DNA of 32,000 bases. It comes from an archaeon. GTDB taxonomy: Archaea > Nanobdellota > Nanobdellia > Pacearchaeales > GW2011-AR1. The notes beneath the pieces were generated by a model that saw only the letters and a program-made list of their open reading frames with translations, made no database searches and had not been told where the DNA came from. The DNA is taken from assembly GCA_043811855.1 (NCBI GenBank), contig JBDRMT010000004.1, positions 973-32,972 on the forward strand. The letters are read 5' to 3'. This document shows, piece by piece, positions 16,163-24,707 of the stretch. Both the position numbers and the translations under genes were made by a program. Each line of letters opens with the position of its first letter. Positions within the stretch are counted from its first letter, which is position 1.

Positions 16163-16265
16163 TTAGAGAATTTAGGAAAAAGGTCTAAAAATTCTCTAAT
16201 AAGAACTTTGAGAAATTTCCATAGGAATTAAAATTCCTAGTCCTTCAACCTTAAAAAAGTTGAAG
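16163..16265. promoter_or_regulatory. Cluster of three inverted repeats in the divergent htpX/PEBP intergenic region
   Basis: TTAGAGAATTT-N15-AAATTCTCTAA (16163-16199, 11-bp arms); TAGGAATT-AA-AATTCCTA (16222-16239); CTTCAAC-N9-GTTGAAG (16243-16265). All arms are perfect and were read directly. Confidence 0.4.
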
Positions 16266-16303
16266 TCTTCGGAAAAGTAAACAATTAAAGTTCTATTTAT
16301 AAA

Positions 16304-16762
16304 ATGCAGATAAAAAGTGTTTTTAAGGAAGGAGATGATATTCCTGAAAAATATACAGCAGATGGAGAAAATGTAAATCCTCCCCTAGAAATAAGTGAAA
16401 TTCCTAAAGGCTGTAAGAGTTTGATTTTAATTGTTGATGATCCTGATGCAAATAGAGTTGTTGGATATACTTGGATTCATTGGATTAGATTTAATATTCC
16501 TGTTGATGAAGGTGTTAAAGAATTTAAAATTAAAGAAAATTCTGAACCAGGTGTTGGTGGAATGAATACATATAAAAGTGGAAAATATGGAGGTCCTAAT
16601 CCTCCTGCAGGTTCTGGAACTCATAGATATTTTTTTAAGATTTATGCCTTAGACAGTGAGTTAGATTTAGATGAAAGTGTAGATAAAGAAGCTGTTGAAG
16701 ATGCAATGGAAGAGCATGTTTTAGATGAAGCAGAATTAATAGGGGTTTATCGGAGAGGTTAA
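16304..16762 (+). CDS. PEBP-family protein (YbhB/YbcL, Raf-kinase-inhibitor-like)
   Basis: VDDPDAN...WIHW... and GPNPPAGSGTHRYFFKIYALD are the family signatures. Confidence 0.85.
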   Translation: MQIKSVFKEGDDIPEKYTADGENVNPPLEISEIPKGCKSLILIVDDPDANRVVGYTWIHWIRFNIPVDEGVKEFKIKENSEPGVGGMNTYKSGKYGGPNPPAGSGTHRYFFKIYALDSELDLDESVDKEAVEDAMEEHVLDEAELIGVYRRG

Positions 16763-16763
16763 A

Positions 16764-17198
16764 TTATGCCTCAATACTAGAATTCCAAGTAACATTCCAG
16801 CTAATCAGACCAACCATCTTTTTTTCAAAATCATTATCTGTTAAATGTATTGTAAAAGAACCAGGATGATCTAATACATCAACTTTTTCTATTGTTAAAG
16901 CATAAGCAGGCTTAACATAATCAACTGCAATTTTAGCTGCTTCTTCTTGATCATTGTCTAATTCCCAATCTCTAGTGCAAGCTTTTATATTTGTATTATA
17001 AGAATATCCTCCAGCTGTTAAACATCCTTGCTCATCTCTTTGCCCACCAATTAGTTCTTGATTTTCTGTTTGGTCTTCTTGAATATTTTTTCCATTTTCT
17101 TTCTTATCAATAACAGTTAGTTTAATAAAAAACATAAGGACTAATATTAATATTATAAATAATACTAAAACAGCAATCACTTTTCTTTTATTTGGCAT
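16764..17198 (-). CDS. Membrane-anchored extracytoplasmic protein, unknown function
   Basis: N-terminal TM, an acidic linker, then GGQRDEQGCLTAGGYSYNTNIKACTRDWE (a Cys pair). The ORF-track start at 17213 is TTG, so I prefer the ATG at 17198. Confidence 0.5.
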   Translation of the reverse strand: MPNKRKVIAVLVLFIILILVLMFFIKLTVIDKKENGKNIQEDQTENQELIGGQRDEQGCLTAGGYSYNTNIKACTRDWELDNDQEEAAKIAVDYVKPAYALTIEKVDVLDHPGSFTIHLTDNDFEKKMVGLISWNVTWNSSIEA

Positions 17199-17233
17199 AT
17201 TATAAAAAAACAATGAAGGTTTTTAAAGATTTG

Positions 17234-17437
17234 TTAGTATTCTCCTTCTTGATGAAGATTATTGGTTCTTTTTGCTATTTCATCATCAACCTCTGCTAAA
17301 GCTTCTAATCTTAATTTTCGTCTTTCTTCTATTGATAGCTCTGCTGTAACTTCATCATGTGCAGGACGGGGTATATAAGTTTTAGGTCTTCTAGGTCTGC
17401 TTCCATAATTTCCCCTATCTCTATTTGATTGTGGCAT
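17234..17437 (-). CDS. Small highly charged protein (67 aa), unknown function; paralog of 17478..17747
   Basis: Basic N-terminus (RPRRPKTYIPRP) and an acidic helix (EALAEVDDE). It is visibly less AT-rich than the neighbouring DNA. Confidence 0.5.
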   Translation of the reverse strand: MPQSNRDRGNYGSRPRRPKTYIPRPAHDEVTAELSIEERRKLRLEALAEVDDEIAKRTNNLHQEGEY

Positions 17438-17477
17438 ATTATTATATTATTAGAAATTTATTTAAAAATATTTAGGA

Positions 17478-17747
17478 TTAATAACCATATCTTTGGCGAA
17501 ACCTTTCCCTTCCTGTTCTGTAATGAACATCTTTAGGTATTTTTTCTGATTTAGCTATTAGTGCTTGTTCAGTTAAATCTTTGTTTGCATTTTGTTCTGC
17601 ATCAACCTCTTCTAGTACAAGAAAACTCGCCCTATATGCTTCACTTCTAGTTCCTCCAGTTCCAGTTGCCATATTGGTTTTAGGGGCTCTTGGTACATAA
17701 TGAGATGCCGCTCTTCCACTTGATTCTCTTCTTGATTTTCTTGCCAT
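17478..17747 (-). CDS. Small highly charged protein (89 aa), unknown function; paralog of 17234..17437
   Basis: MARKSRRESS...HYVPRAPKT...LVLEEVDAE. The Y(I/V)PR.P to EVD(D/A)E spacing is the same as in the neighbour. The ORF-track start at 17759 is TTG, so I prefer the ATG at 17747. Confidence 0.5.
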   Translation of the reverse strand: MARKSRRESSGRAASHYVPRAPKTNMATGTGGTRSEAYRASFLVLEEVDAEQNANKDLTEQALIAKSEKIPKDVHYRTGRERFRQRYGY

Positions 17748-17807
17748 ATAATATCTCAAAAACTATTATTTAAAAAGGTTTTTATAATCAAGAATACTTA
17801 TTATCAT

Positions 17808-18233
17808 ATGAAAAAGATAAACCCTTTAGCTGTTTTTTATTCAATAATCATAATTTTTATAATATTATTAATTTATTTTTTTGGTCCTTTTGAACATGAA
17901 TCTAAAAGAGTTTTTTTCCCAGTTATAACTGTTCTTGGAATTGCATTTTTTGTATTAGGAATATGGTTAATTTTTTTAAGAAAAAGAATAAAAGATAAGA
18001 AATTAAGAATATATCTTTTTTTAACAGGAGGTTCTGCTGCTCTTGCTTTGATTTGTGTTATATTACATAATTTAGTTTATGGATTAATGATTCTTTTGTT
18101 TGGTGAAGGGTTTTGGAATGGTGGAGATGAAGCTTTCTTTTTTATTATAGCTTTAATTGTTTGTCCAATCTTACTTATCTGGGGGATTATTGGAGGATTA
18201 ATTAGAATTCGTAAGTTGGAGAAGAAAAAATAG
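17808..18233 (+). CDS. Integral membrane protein (about 4 TM), unknown function
   Basis: 141 aa with four hydrophobic segments. An AAAGG+TTTTTATAA box lies about 25 nt upstream of the ATG. Confidence 0.55.
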   Translation: MKKINPLAVFYSIIIIFIILLIYFFGPFEHESKRVFFPVITVLGIAFFVLGIWLIFLRKRIKDKKLRIYLFLTGGSAALALICVILHNLVYGLMILLFGEGFWNGGDEAFFFIIALIVCPILLIWGIIGGLIRIRKLEKKK

Positions 18234-18234
18234 T

Positions 18235-19578
18235 TTAGCCACAACATTTTTTAAATTTCTTTCCAGAACCACATGGACAAGGGTCATTTCTTCCAACTTT
18301 AGGTTCTTCATTTACAATAGGTTTTCCAGGTTTTCCAGCTCTTGAGAAAGATGGAGGTGGATCTTTTGGATTTTGAGAAGTTTTGTGGAAAAGACTGACA
18401 GATCCTGATGTTGTTCCTTGATAATCTTTTTTTGGAAAACCTTCAAGTCCTTGATCCTTTAACCATTCTACCATAAGGTCAAATTCAGTTCCATCTAGAC
18501 CTAGTTTTCCAGCATATCTGCTAATTAAACCAAGAGTAGTTATTTCTATTCTAAAATCTCCTGAATATGCTTGTAATATACCTTCATTAAATATAGAAGA
18601 AAGGTTTTGTATAAGTTCAGGATTCATAATACTTCCAAAAGTTGCTAAAATTTTTCCATAACTTCCTACAGGTCCTCTCAGATCAATTGTTCTGTTAAGA
18701 ATATTATCTAGTCTACTAGATTCTCTATCAGGTAGTCTTGTTTTTGTTGCCCAATCTACTAAATAAGGTTTTCCATCAACCATATAATAGTTTTGAAAAT
18801 GGGTTTGTAAATGTGCACAACGAGCAACATCATGCAATTCTCTTAAACCAAATGCTAAAGATGAAACATATCCTAGGCTTAAAAGACTAAAGCTCACTAC
18901 ATCTTCTGCTATTCCTGTTCCATGTTCTGTATGAAATTCAATTATTTTTTTTCTTATTTCTTCTGATGAACGTCCTAATTCAATTGAAGGTATTGGATAA
19001 ACTATAAATCCAAAGGGTCCTTCTTGATTTCTTAAATTTTCATCATGAAACCATCCATATGCTTCTACAGTAGGGGTAACTAGTTTTGATAATAATACTC
19101 CTGAAACTTCTGTTGTTTTTCTTACTTTTTCTTCAAGTTCATCATGAGTATAAGTTCCTAAAGCACGATAAGAAGGTCTTGTTCTTTCTACTGCACTATT
19201 TTTTGCATAACTTGTTGACATTAATGTTCCTGGAACTAAAGAAATAAAATTTTCAGCTGTTGGTGGATAAAATTCTTCATTAGATATCAAAGGTAATAAA
19301 TTTGAAAAATCAACTCTTTGATATCCAATACCACTTAGTTGTAATGCACCAAGTTTCATACCTCCTCTATATATTGGATTTTCTCTTTTTATTAAAACAG
19401 ATCTTGAACCTTCATATCTTTCTACATTTCCATTTGGATCTAAATCCCAAGAACTTAGTGCTCCAATTTTATCAATATCTCTTTCTTTTAAAGTAGAAGT
19501 TGTGGGAATATCTAATTGTACATGAAATCTTCCTTTGTAAGTTCTAACATCCTTCACCTCTGTTAGTGGTGAAAACAT
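18235..19578 (-). CDS. Uncharacterised 447-aa protein with a C-terminal SEC-C zinc-binding motif
   Basis: The C-terminal [17 protein letters not shown] is the SEC-C motif. I did not recognise the about 390-aa N-terminal region. It starts 8 nt downstream of the lemA stop. Confidence 0.7.
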   Translation of the reverse strand: MFSPLTEVKDVRTYKGRFHVQLDIPTTSTLKERDIDKIGALSSWDLDPNGNVERYEGSRSVLIKRENPIYRGGMKLGALQLSGIGYQRVDFSNLLPLISNEEFYPPTAENFISLVPGTLMSTSYAKNSAVERTRPSYRALGTYTHDELEEKVRKTTEVSGVLLSKLVTPTVEAYGWFHDENLRNQEGPFGFIVYPIPSIELGRSSEEIRKKIIEFHTEHGTGIAEDVVSFSLLSLGYVSSLAFGLRELHDVARCAHLQTHFQNYYMVDGKPYLVDWATKTRLPDRESSRLDNILNRTIDLRGPVGSYGKILATFGSIMNPELIQNLSSIFNEGILQAYSGDFRIEITTLGLISRYAGKLGLDGTEFDLMVEWLKDQGLEGFPKKDYQGTTSGSVSLFHKTSQNPKDPPPSFSRAGKPGKPIVNEEPKVGRNDPCPCGSGKKFKKCCG

Positions 19579-19586
19579 TTTAAAAT

Positions 19587-20141
19587 CTAAAAATCAATCT
19601 CAGGCATTTTTTTATTTGCTTCTGGTATTTGTAAGAAATCAATCTTTTTTCTTCCGTAAAGCTTAAAGAAGATTACGCTTGGGAATTTTTCTGCTGCATT
19701 TTCATAATCTAATACAGAGTCATTGTAAAATTGTCTTGAATATGCAACTTTATCTTCTATTGCTGCAAGTTCTTTTTGTAAGTGTAAGAAATTTTCATTT
19801 GCTTTTAATTCTGGATTTGATTCTGCTATTGCAAATAATTTTCCTAAAAATCCTTGTAAAACATCTCCTGCTTTAACTTTATCAGCCATGCTTCTGCTTT
19901 TTACTAAATCTGAACGAGCTTGTGTAATCTTTGTAAAAATATCTTTTTCATGTTTTGCATAACCTTTAACAACTTTAACTAAACTTGGAACTAAATCAGC
20001 TCTTTTCTTTAGTTGAACATTAATTTGAGCTTCACTGTTTTGTATTCTGTTTTCAAGTATTACAAACCGATTATAATAATAAATAAGCATAATTACAAAT
20101 AATACTACTACAATAATTAGTATCCATAACCATAATAACAT
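19587..20141 (-). CDS. lemA: LemA-family membrane protein
   Basis: N-terminal TM, then [34 protein letters not shown]...[37 protein letters not shown], the LemA consensus pattern. Confidence 0.85.
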   Translation of the reverse strand: MLLWLWILIIVVVLFVIMLIYYYNRFVILENRIQNSEAQINVQLKKRADLVPSLVKVVKGYAKHEKDIFTKITQARSDLVKSRSMADKVKAGDVLQGFLGKLFAIAESNPELKANENFLHLQKELAAIEDKVAYSRQFYNDSVLDYENAAEKFPSVIFFKLYGRKKIDFLQIPEANKKMPEIDF

Positions 20142-20259
20142 ATAATAATATAGACATAATACTTTATAAAGCTTTTTAGATAATTTTATAAAGGCTTAGT
20201 TAGATTTATTATAAACAACAGAGGTTAAAACAATGAAAATTAAAAATTTTCAAGCACTA

Positions 20260-20310
20260 AAAAATCTAAGATTTTTGGTGCCCAAAAATTCTAAAAGAAT
20301 TTTTAGGGCA
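20260..20310. promoter_or_regulatory. Two adjacent hairpins or palindromes in the lemA/ferredoxin divergent region
   Basis: AAAAATCT-A-AGATTTTT (20260-20276), and TGCCCAAAAATTCT-AAA-AGAATTTTT(A)GGGCA (20279-20310, 14 bp with one bulge). Read directly. Confidence 0.4.
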
Positions 20311-20348
20311 TTTAAATTCCAATTAAATATAAGGGAGGAAATTAAAAT

Positions 20349-20522
20349 ATGGTAAAAGTTGATCAAGAAAAATGTATTGGATGTGGAGCATGTGTTGCAG
20401 CTTGTGAAGATGTTTTTGAAATGGGTGATGATATGAAAGCTCATATAAAGACTGGAGCAGATACTTCAAAGGGTTGTGTAAAAGAAGCTATTGATGTTTG
20501 TCCTGTTGATGCTATAAGTTAA
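20349..20522 (+). CDS. fdx: Single-cluster 4Fe-4S ferredoxin (Pyrococcus-type, 57 aa)
   Basis: My translation is MVKVDQEKCIGCGACVAACEDVFEMGDDMKAHIKTGADTSKGCVKEAIDVCPVDAIS*. It shows CxxCxxC...CP plus the extra Cys pair. SD GGGAGG lies about 10 nt upstream. It is below the ORF-track cutoff, and the 20250..20444 minus ORF is its shadow. Confidence 0.85.
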   Translation: MVKVDQEKCIGCGACVAACEDVFEMGDDMKAHIKTGADTSKGCVKEAIDVCPVDAIS

Positions 20523-20618
20523 TTTTTTGTTTTTATTAGTATCTTATAAATATATTATATGTGAGAGTAGATTATAGTGCTTATGTTAAAGAATTACTAA
20601 AACTACTAATAAGATAAA

Positions 20619-21578
20619 CTATTCAAATAAAGCACTTAAACTATGACCATTACTTATCCTTAGAATTGCTTCAGCTAATAGTGAAGCAAAAGATATTATT
20701 TCTAAATTATTATTAGGTTCTTGTTTAATTGTGTCTCCAATAAAGAACTTATTAAAATTTGAAGTGACTTTTTCAACACCTTCTGTAAATAATCCGTGAG
20801 TGCAATAGGCATATATATTTTTTGCACCTTGTTCTCTTAATGATTTTGCAGCATTAATCAATGTATTTCCAGAATCAACTATATCATCAATAATTAAAAC
20901 ATTTTTATCTTTAACATCACCTAATATTTTTAATTTATCTACTTCTCCTTCAGTAGGTCTTGATTTATATCCAAATGCAACATCATTTTTTCCTAGTCTT
21001 TTTGCAAATGATTCTGCTCTTTTTGCACCTCCTGCATCTGGACTCATAATTACAATATCTTCTAAAATTTCAGGATAAAAGTTTTTTATATAACTTATAA
21101 CAATTGGAAAAGTATAAAGACTATCAAAAGGAACACGGTAAAATCCTTGAACAGATAAGTTATGAACTTCAATTGTTAAAATTCTTGTATGATCATAACT
21201 TCCAATATTATCTGCTATTACCTGCGCACTTATTGGAACTCTTGATTCTTCTTTTCTATCTTGCCTACTAAATCTTAGATAAGGAACAACATCAATAATT
21301 TCATGTGCTGATGAGTTTCTCAAGGCATTATTAACTAAACATAACTGCAAGTGCCATTCTGAAGCAAGAAGACTTGAGTCATGAATAAAAAAACAATTTT
21401 TTCCTCTTACGTTTGCCATTATTTTTGGTTTAATTTCACCATCTCTAAACCTTTTAACAGAAAGTTCATTTAATTCAAAATCTTCACTTTTTTCAATTAA
21501 ATATTTATATATTTTACAAGCTAATTCCCAAGAGTTTCCTTTTGGATCTGCAATTATAGAACCTTTATATTGAGCCAT
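20619..21578 (-). CDS. prs: Ribose-phosphate pyrophosphokinase (PRPP synthetase)
   Basis: FRDGEI..., PYLRFSRQDRK, SPDAGGAKRA, and the PRPP-binding loop VLIIDDIVDSGNTL. Confidence 0.9.
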   Translation of the reverse strand: MAQYKGSIIADPKGNSWELACKIYKYLIEKSEDFELNELSVKRFRDGEIKPKIMANVRGKNCFFIHDSSLLASEWHLQLCLVNNALRNSSAHEIIDVVPYLRFSRQDRKEESRVPISAQVIADNIGSYDHTRILTIEVHNLSVQGFYRVPFDSLYTFPIVISYIKNFYPEILEDIVIMSPDAGGAKRAESFAKRLGKNDVAFGYKSRPTEGEVDKLKILGDVKDKNVLIIDDIVDSGNTLINAAKSLREQGAKNIYAYCTHGLFTEGVEKVTSNFNKFFIGDTIKQEPNNNLEIISFASLLAEAILRISNGHSLSALFE

Positions 21579-21645
21579 TTTATCTCTTTTTCAATCTAAA
21601 GAACTTGAGATAGTTTAAAATGATTGTTGTTTAGAATAATATGTT

Positions 21646-22883
21646 TTATAATGGTTTAAAGTGAAATTTTGGAACAACAACAATTCCAGATGAATCTACA
21701 TAAAGTCCATTTGCTCTATCTTCTGCATCATCATATCCTATTCTCATCCCCTTAGGAATATCATTATCCGTATCAACAAAAGCATTTCTTATTTGAACAT
21801 TTTCACCAATTGTAACCTTTGGGAATAAAACACATCTTTCTAAAAAGCTTCCTTTTCTAACTGTGACTCTTGGTGAAAAAACACACATATCCGAAGATCC
21901 TTCTATATTTCCTGGTCCTCCTGAAAATGCACTATAATTTCCATAAGGTCCTGTTCTTACTATCATAGGAGGGCTATGATCTACTAAAGTAGTAAGAACA
22001 TTTTCATCTCTAAAAGCAGTAAGATTAAATTGAGGGGTTTCAGAAACTACATCCATATTTGCTGAATGTAGTGCAGATAAAGTTCCTACATCTTCCCAAG
22101 GGCCATTTTTTTCAGGATCATAAACATGAGCATAAACCTTTTTTTATTTCTTAACATTCCAGGGATTATTTCAGAACCAAAATCATTTCCAAGACCTTTT
22201 CCATCTTTTGAGTAAGGGCTGTTAAGAGAATCAAATAAAGAGCCTGATTTAAAAACATAAATTCCCATTGATACAAAAACAAAACCTGTATCACTACCTG
22301 ACCTGTTTTTTATTTGAGGAGGATTTTCAACTTTTTCATGCAAAGCTTTTACCCTTCCACTAGGATTTACTTCCAAAACTCCAAACCTGTATTTTCCTAA
22401 CCTATCAAAATCTTCTCTTTTTAATTGTTTTTTAAGAGTAAGCACTGTTAAATCTCCCTTCATTGATTGGTGGTCTTGCAGAGGTTGTTCAAACATAAAA
22501 GTATAAAGATGGTCTCCTGCACCTATTATAACGTTTTCTGCAGCAGAATATTGTACTCTATCAATATTATGTCTTACAGAATCTGCAGTTCCTTCATACC
22601 ATCTTTTTCTTGTCCTTGTTATTTGAGGGGTTAATATTGAACAATTAGCTGTTCTTACTCTTCCAGATATATATTTTTCTTCAATATGACGTATTTGAGA
22701 AGCAACTTGATATTGAGGCAATATATAAGTTATAGAACATTGTCTTCCAATTGAGTTAACTGAAGCATCAATCAAACGAAAAGTTCCCCAAACATAAACT
22801 GCAGGTTTTGACCTGAATTTTGTCAAAGGCATTAACCTGCTTCCTTCACCTCCTGACATTATCATTCCTAAAGTTTTTTTCAT
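21646..22883 (-). pseudogene. glgC: Glucose-1-phosphate adenylyltransferase (GlgC-like) split by a frameshift at an A7 run
   Basis: The N-terminal part (22086..22883) has GMIMSGGEGSRLMPLTKFRSKPAV and WYEGTADSV. The C-terminal part (21646..22056) has left-handed beta-helix-like repeats. On the minus strand at 22137-22143, aga aat aaa aaa agg reads through to ...KVYAHVYDPEKNGPWEDVGTLSALHSANMDVV... only after a -1 shift. Confidence 0.75.
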
Positions 22884-23005
22884 CCTTTTAATATAACCTT
22901 TTTTAGGTTAGTAAAAAAAATCTATCTGACTTATAAATATTTATGTAGATTTAATTATATATTCTCAAGTACCAAAAGCTTTATAAAGTATGAACTGTAA
23001 TTCAT

Positions 23006-23332
23006 ATGTATTATAAATCATTTAAAATGGCAGGAATGAATAAATATCATATATTTTTTGGAAATCTTTCAAATAAACTAAAAGTAGATATAATTAGTGA
23101 ATTAAAAGATAAAGAAAGATCTGTTTTAGATTTAGCTAAGAAACTTAATGTTGAGCAATCAAAACTAAGTCATGCTCTTGCATCTTTAAGATGTTGCTCT
23201 ATTGTTAATGTTAAACAGGTTGGAAAGAAAAGAGTTTATAGTCTAAATAGAGAAACTATCTTACCAATATTAAAAATGATTGATGTTCATGAAGATAAAT
23301 TCTGTAAAGAGTGTAAATCTCGATTAGGTTAA
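23006..23332 (+). CDS. ArsR/SmtB-family wHTH regulator with four Cys (CC + CxxC)
   Basis: VDIISELKDKERSVLDLAKKLNVEQSKLSHALASLRCCSIVNVKQVGKKRVYSLN is the ArsR-type HTH and wing. The C-terminus carries FCKECK. The start could be the ATG at 23006, 23027 or 23036. Confidence 0.75.
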   Translation: MYYKSFKMAGMNKYHIFFGNLSNKLKVDIISELKDKERSVLDLAKKLNVEQSKLSHALASLRCCSIVNVKQVGKKRVYSLNRETILPILKMIDVHEDKFCKECKSRLG

Positions 23333-23497
23333 AATGTTTAATAAAAAAGAAATATATTTTGATAGTGCAGGCAAACTTTCTTTAAAAGAAAGTTTGAACA
23401 AAGAAATACCTTTTTTGAAAAAAGGTAAACCAAAATCAATGCACTATCAAAGGAGTTAAAATGTTTAATAAAAAAGAAATATATTTTGATAGTGCAG
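23328..23497 (+). repeat. Perfect 43-bp direct repeat (23328-23370 and 23455-23497) bracketing an 84-bp multi-hairpin segment
   Basis: Both copies read gttaaaatgtttaataaaaaagaaatatattttgatagtgcag, which is the iscS ATG plus 12 codons. Between them are perfect palindromes at 23372-23396 (12-bp arms) and 23407-23427 (10-bp arms), and tgcactatcaaa (23440-23451), which is complementary to tttgatagtgca in both repeat copies. Confidence 0.9.
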
Positions 23498-24633
23498 CAA
23501 CAACTGTTGTTGATGAGAAGGTTGTAAAATCTATGCTTCCTTACTATACTGAAAAGTATGGAAATGCTAGTTCACAACATTTAATAGGACAGGAAGCAAA
23601 AAGAGGGATAGAAGAATCTAGGTCTGTTATTGCAAAGTCTATTTGTGGAAGTTATGATGAGATAGTTTTTACTGGTAGTGGAACTGAAGCAAATAATTTT
23701 GTTTTAAAAGGTTTATTTTTTTGGAATAAAACTCATAATACTGGTAAGAATCATATAATAACAAGCAAGATTGAACATGATTGTGTTTTAAATGCTTGCA
23801 AATGGTTAGAAAAACAAGGAGCTAGAGTTACTTATTTAGATGTTGATAAAGAAGGATTTATTGATATTGAAGATTTGAAAAAAGCTATTAGTGAAGAAAC
23901 TCTTATTGTGAGTATTATACATGGTAATAATGAAATAGGAACTATTCAAGATTTAGAAGAGATTGGAAAGATTTGTAAGGAAAATAATGTTTACTTTCAT
24001 ACAGATGCTTGTCAAAGTTATACTAAAGTTAATTTAAATGTTAAAAAGTTGAATTTAGATTTAGTAACTTTAAATGCACATAAAATTCATGGTCCTAAAG
24101 GGGTTGGTGCTTTATTTATTAGAAAAGAAATAAAAAATAAAATTGATCCTTTGCTGCATGGAGGAGGTCATGAATTTGGCTTAAGAAGTTCAACTGAAAA
24201 TGTTGCAGGAATTGTTGGATTTGCAACAGCATATAAAATAGCAAGTAATTCTGATGTAAAGAAAATGGAAAAGTTAAGAGATTATTTAATTGAAGAAATT
24301 TTAAAAATACCTAATGCAAAACTAAATGGTTCAAAGGGAGATAAAAGATTAGCTAATAATATTAATATTAGTTTTGGAAATATTGAAGGAGAAGCTTTGG
24401 GTGGATATTTAAATGCTTACGGGATATCAACTTCAACAGGAAGTGCATGTTCATCACATTCTTTAGAACCAAGTCATGTGTTGACTGCTCTTGGTTTAGA
24501 GCATGGAGATATTAACAGTTCAATAAGAATTAGTTTAAGTAAGTTTAATACAAAAGAAGAAGCTGATTATTTTTTACAAATATTAAAAAAAGTTGTTGAT
24601 AAACTTAGGAAGATGAGTCCTATTAAATTGTAA
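23461..24633 (+). CDS. iscS: Cysteine desulfurase (IscS/NifS class V aminotransferase)
   Basis: GNASSQH, TSKIEHDCV, the PLP-lysine region NAHKIHGPKGVGALF, and the active-site loop STGSACSS. SD AGGAG lies 6 nt upstream. Confidence 0.9.
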   Translation: MFNKKEIYFDSAATTVVDEKVVKSMLPYYTEKYGNASSQHLIGQEAKRGIEESRSVIAKSICGSYDEIVFTGSGTEANNFVLKGLFFWNKTHNTGKNHIITSKIEHDCVLNACKWLEKQGARVTYLDVDKEGFIDIEDLKKAISEETLIVSIIHGNNEIGTIQDLEEIGKICKENNVYFHTDACQSYTKVNLNVKKLNLDLVTLNAHKIHGPKGVGALFIRKEIKNKIDPLLHGGGHEFGLRSSTENVAGIVGFATAYKIASNSDVKKMEKLRDYLIEEILKIPNAKLNGSKGDKRLANNINISFGNIEGEALGGYLNAYGISTSTGSACSSHSLEPSHVLTALGLEHGDINSSIRISLSKFNTKEEADYFLQILKKVVDKLRKMSPIKL

Positions 24634-24707
24634 AATTATGAAAATGAAACACAATAAAAATCAAAGATTTTTAAGCTTCCCAATTTTGGGAAAGGAGAAA
24701 AACAAAA

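Noticed and set aside
16427-16624. 65-aa minus-strand ORF; likewise 19302..19496, 19679..19876 and 20250..20444
   Set aside because: They are antisense shadows of the PEBP, SEC-C-protein, LemA and ferredoxin genes respectively.
1-20276. Shared 14-mer tctaagatttttgg at 7-20 and 20265-20278
   Set aside because: A single short match in very AT-rich DNA. One copy is inside an SBP coding frame and the other is part of a local palindrome. It is most likely chance.
24634-24707. 29-codon ORF (MKMKHNKNQRFLSFPILGKEKNKIGKKNK) and the hairpin TCCCAA-TT-TTGGGA between iscS and the cupin gene
   Set aside because: The ORF is low-complexity with no SD. The hairpin is short. The region is more simply the spacer carrying the cupin gene's SD (AAAGGAG).
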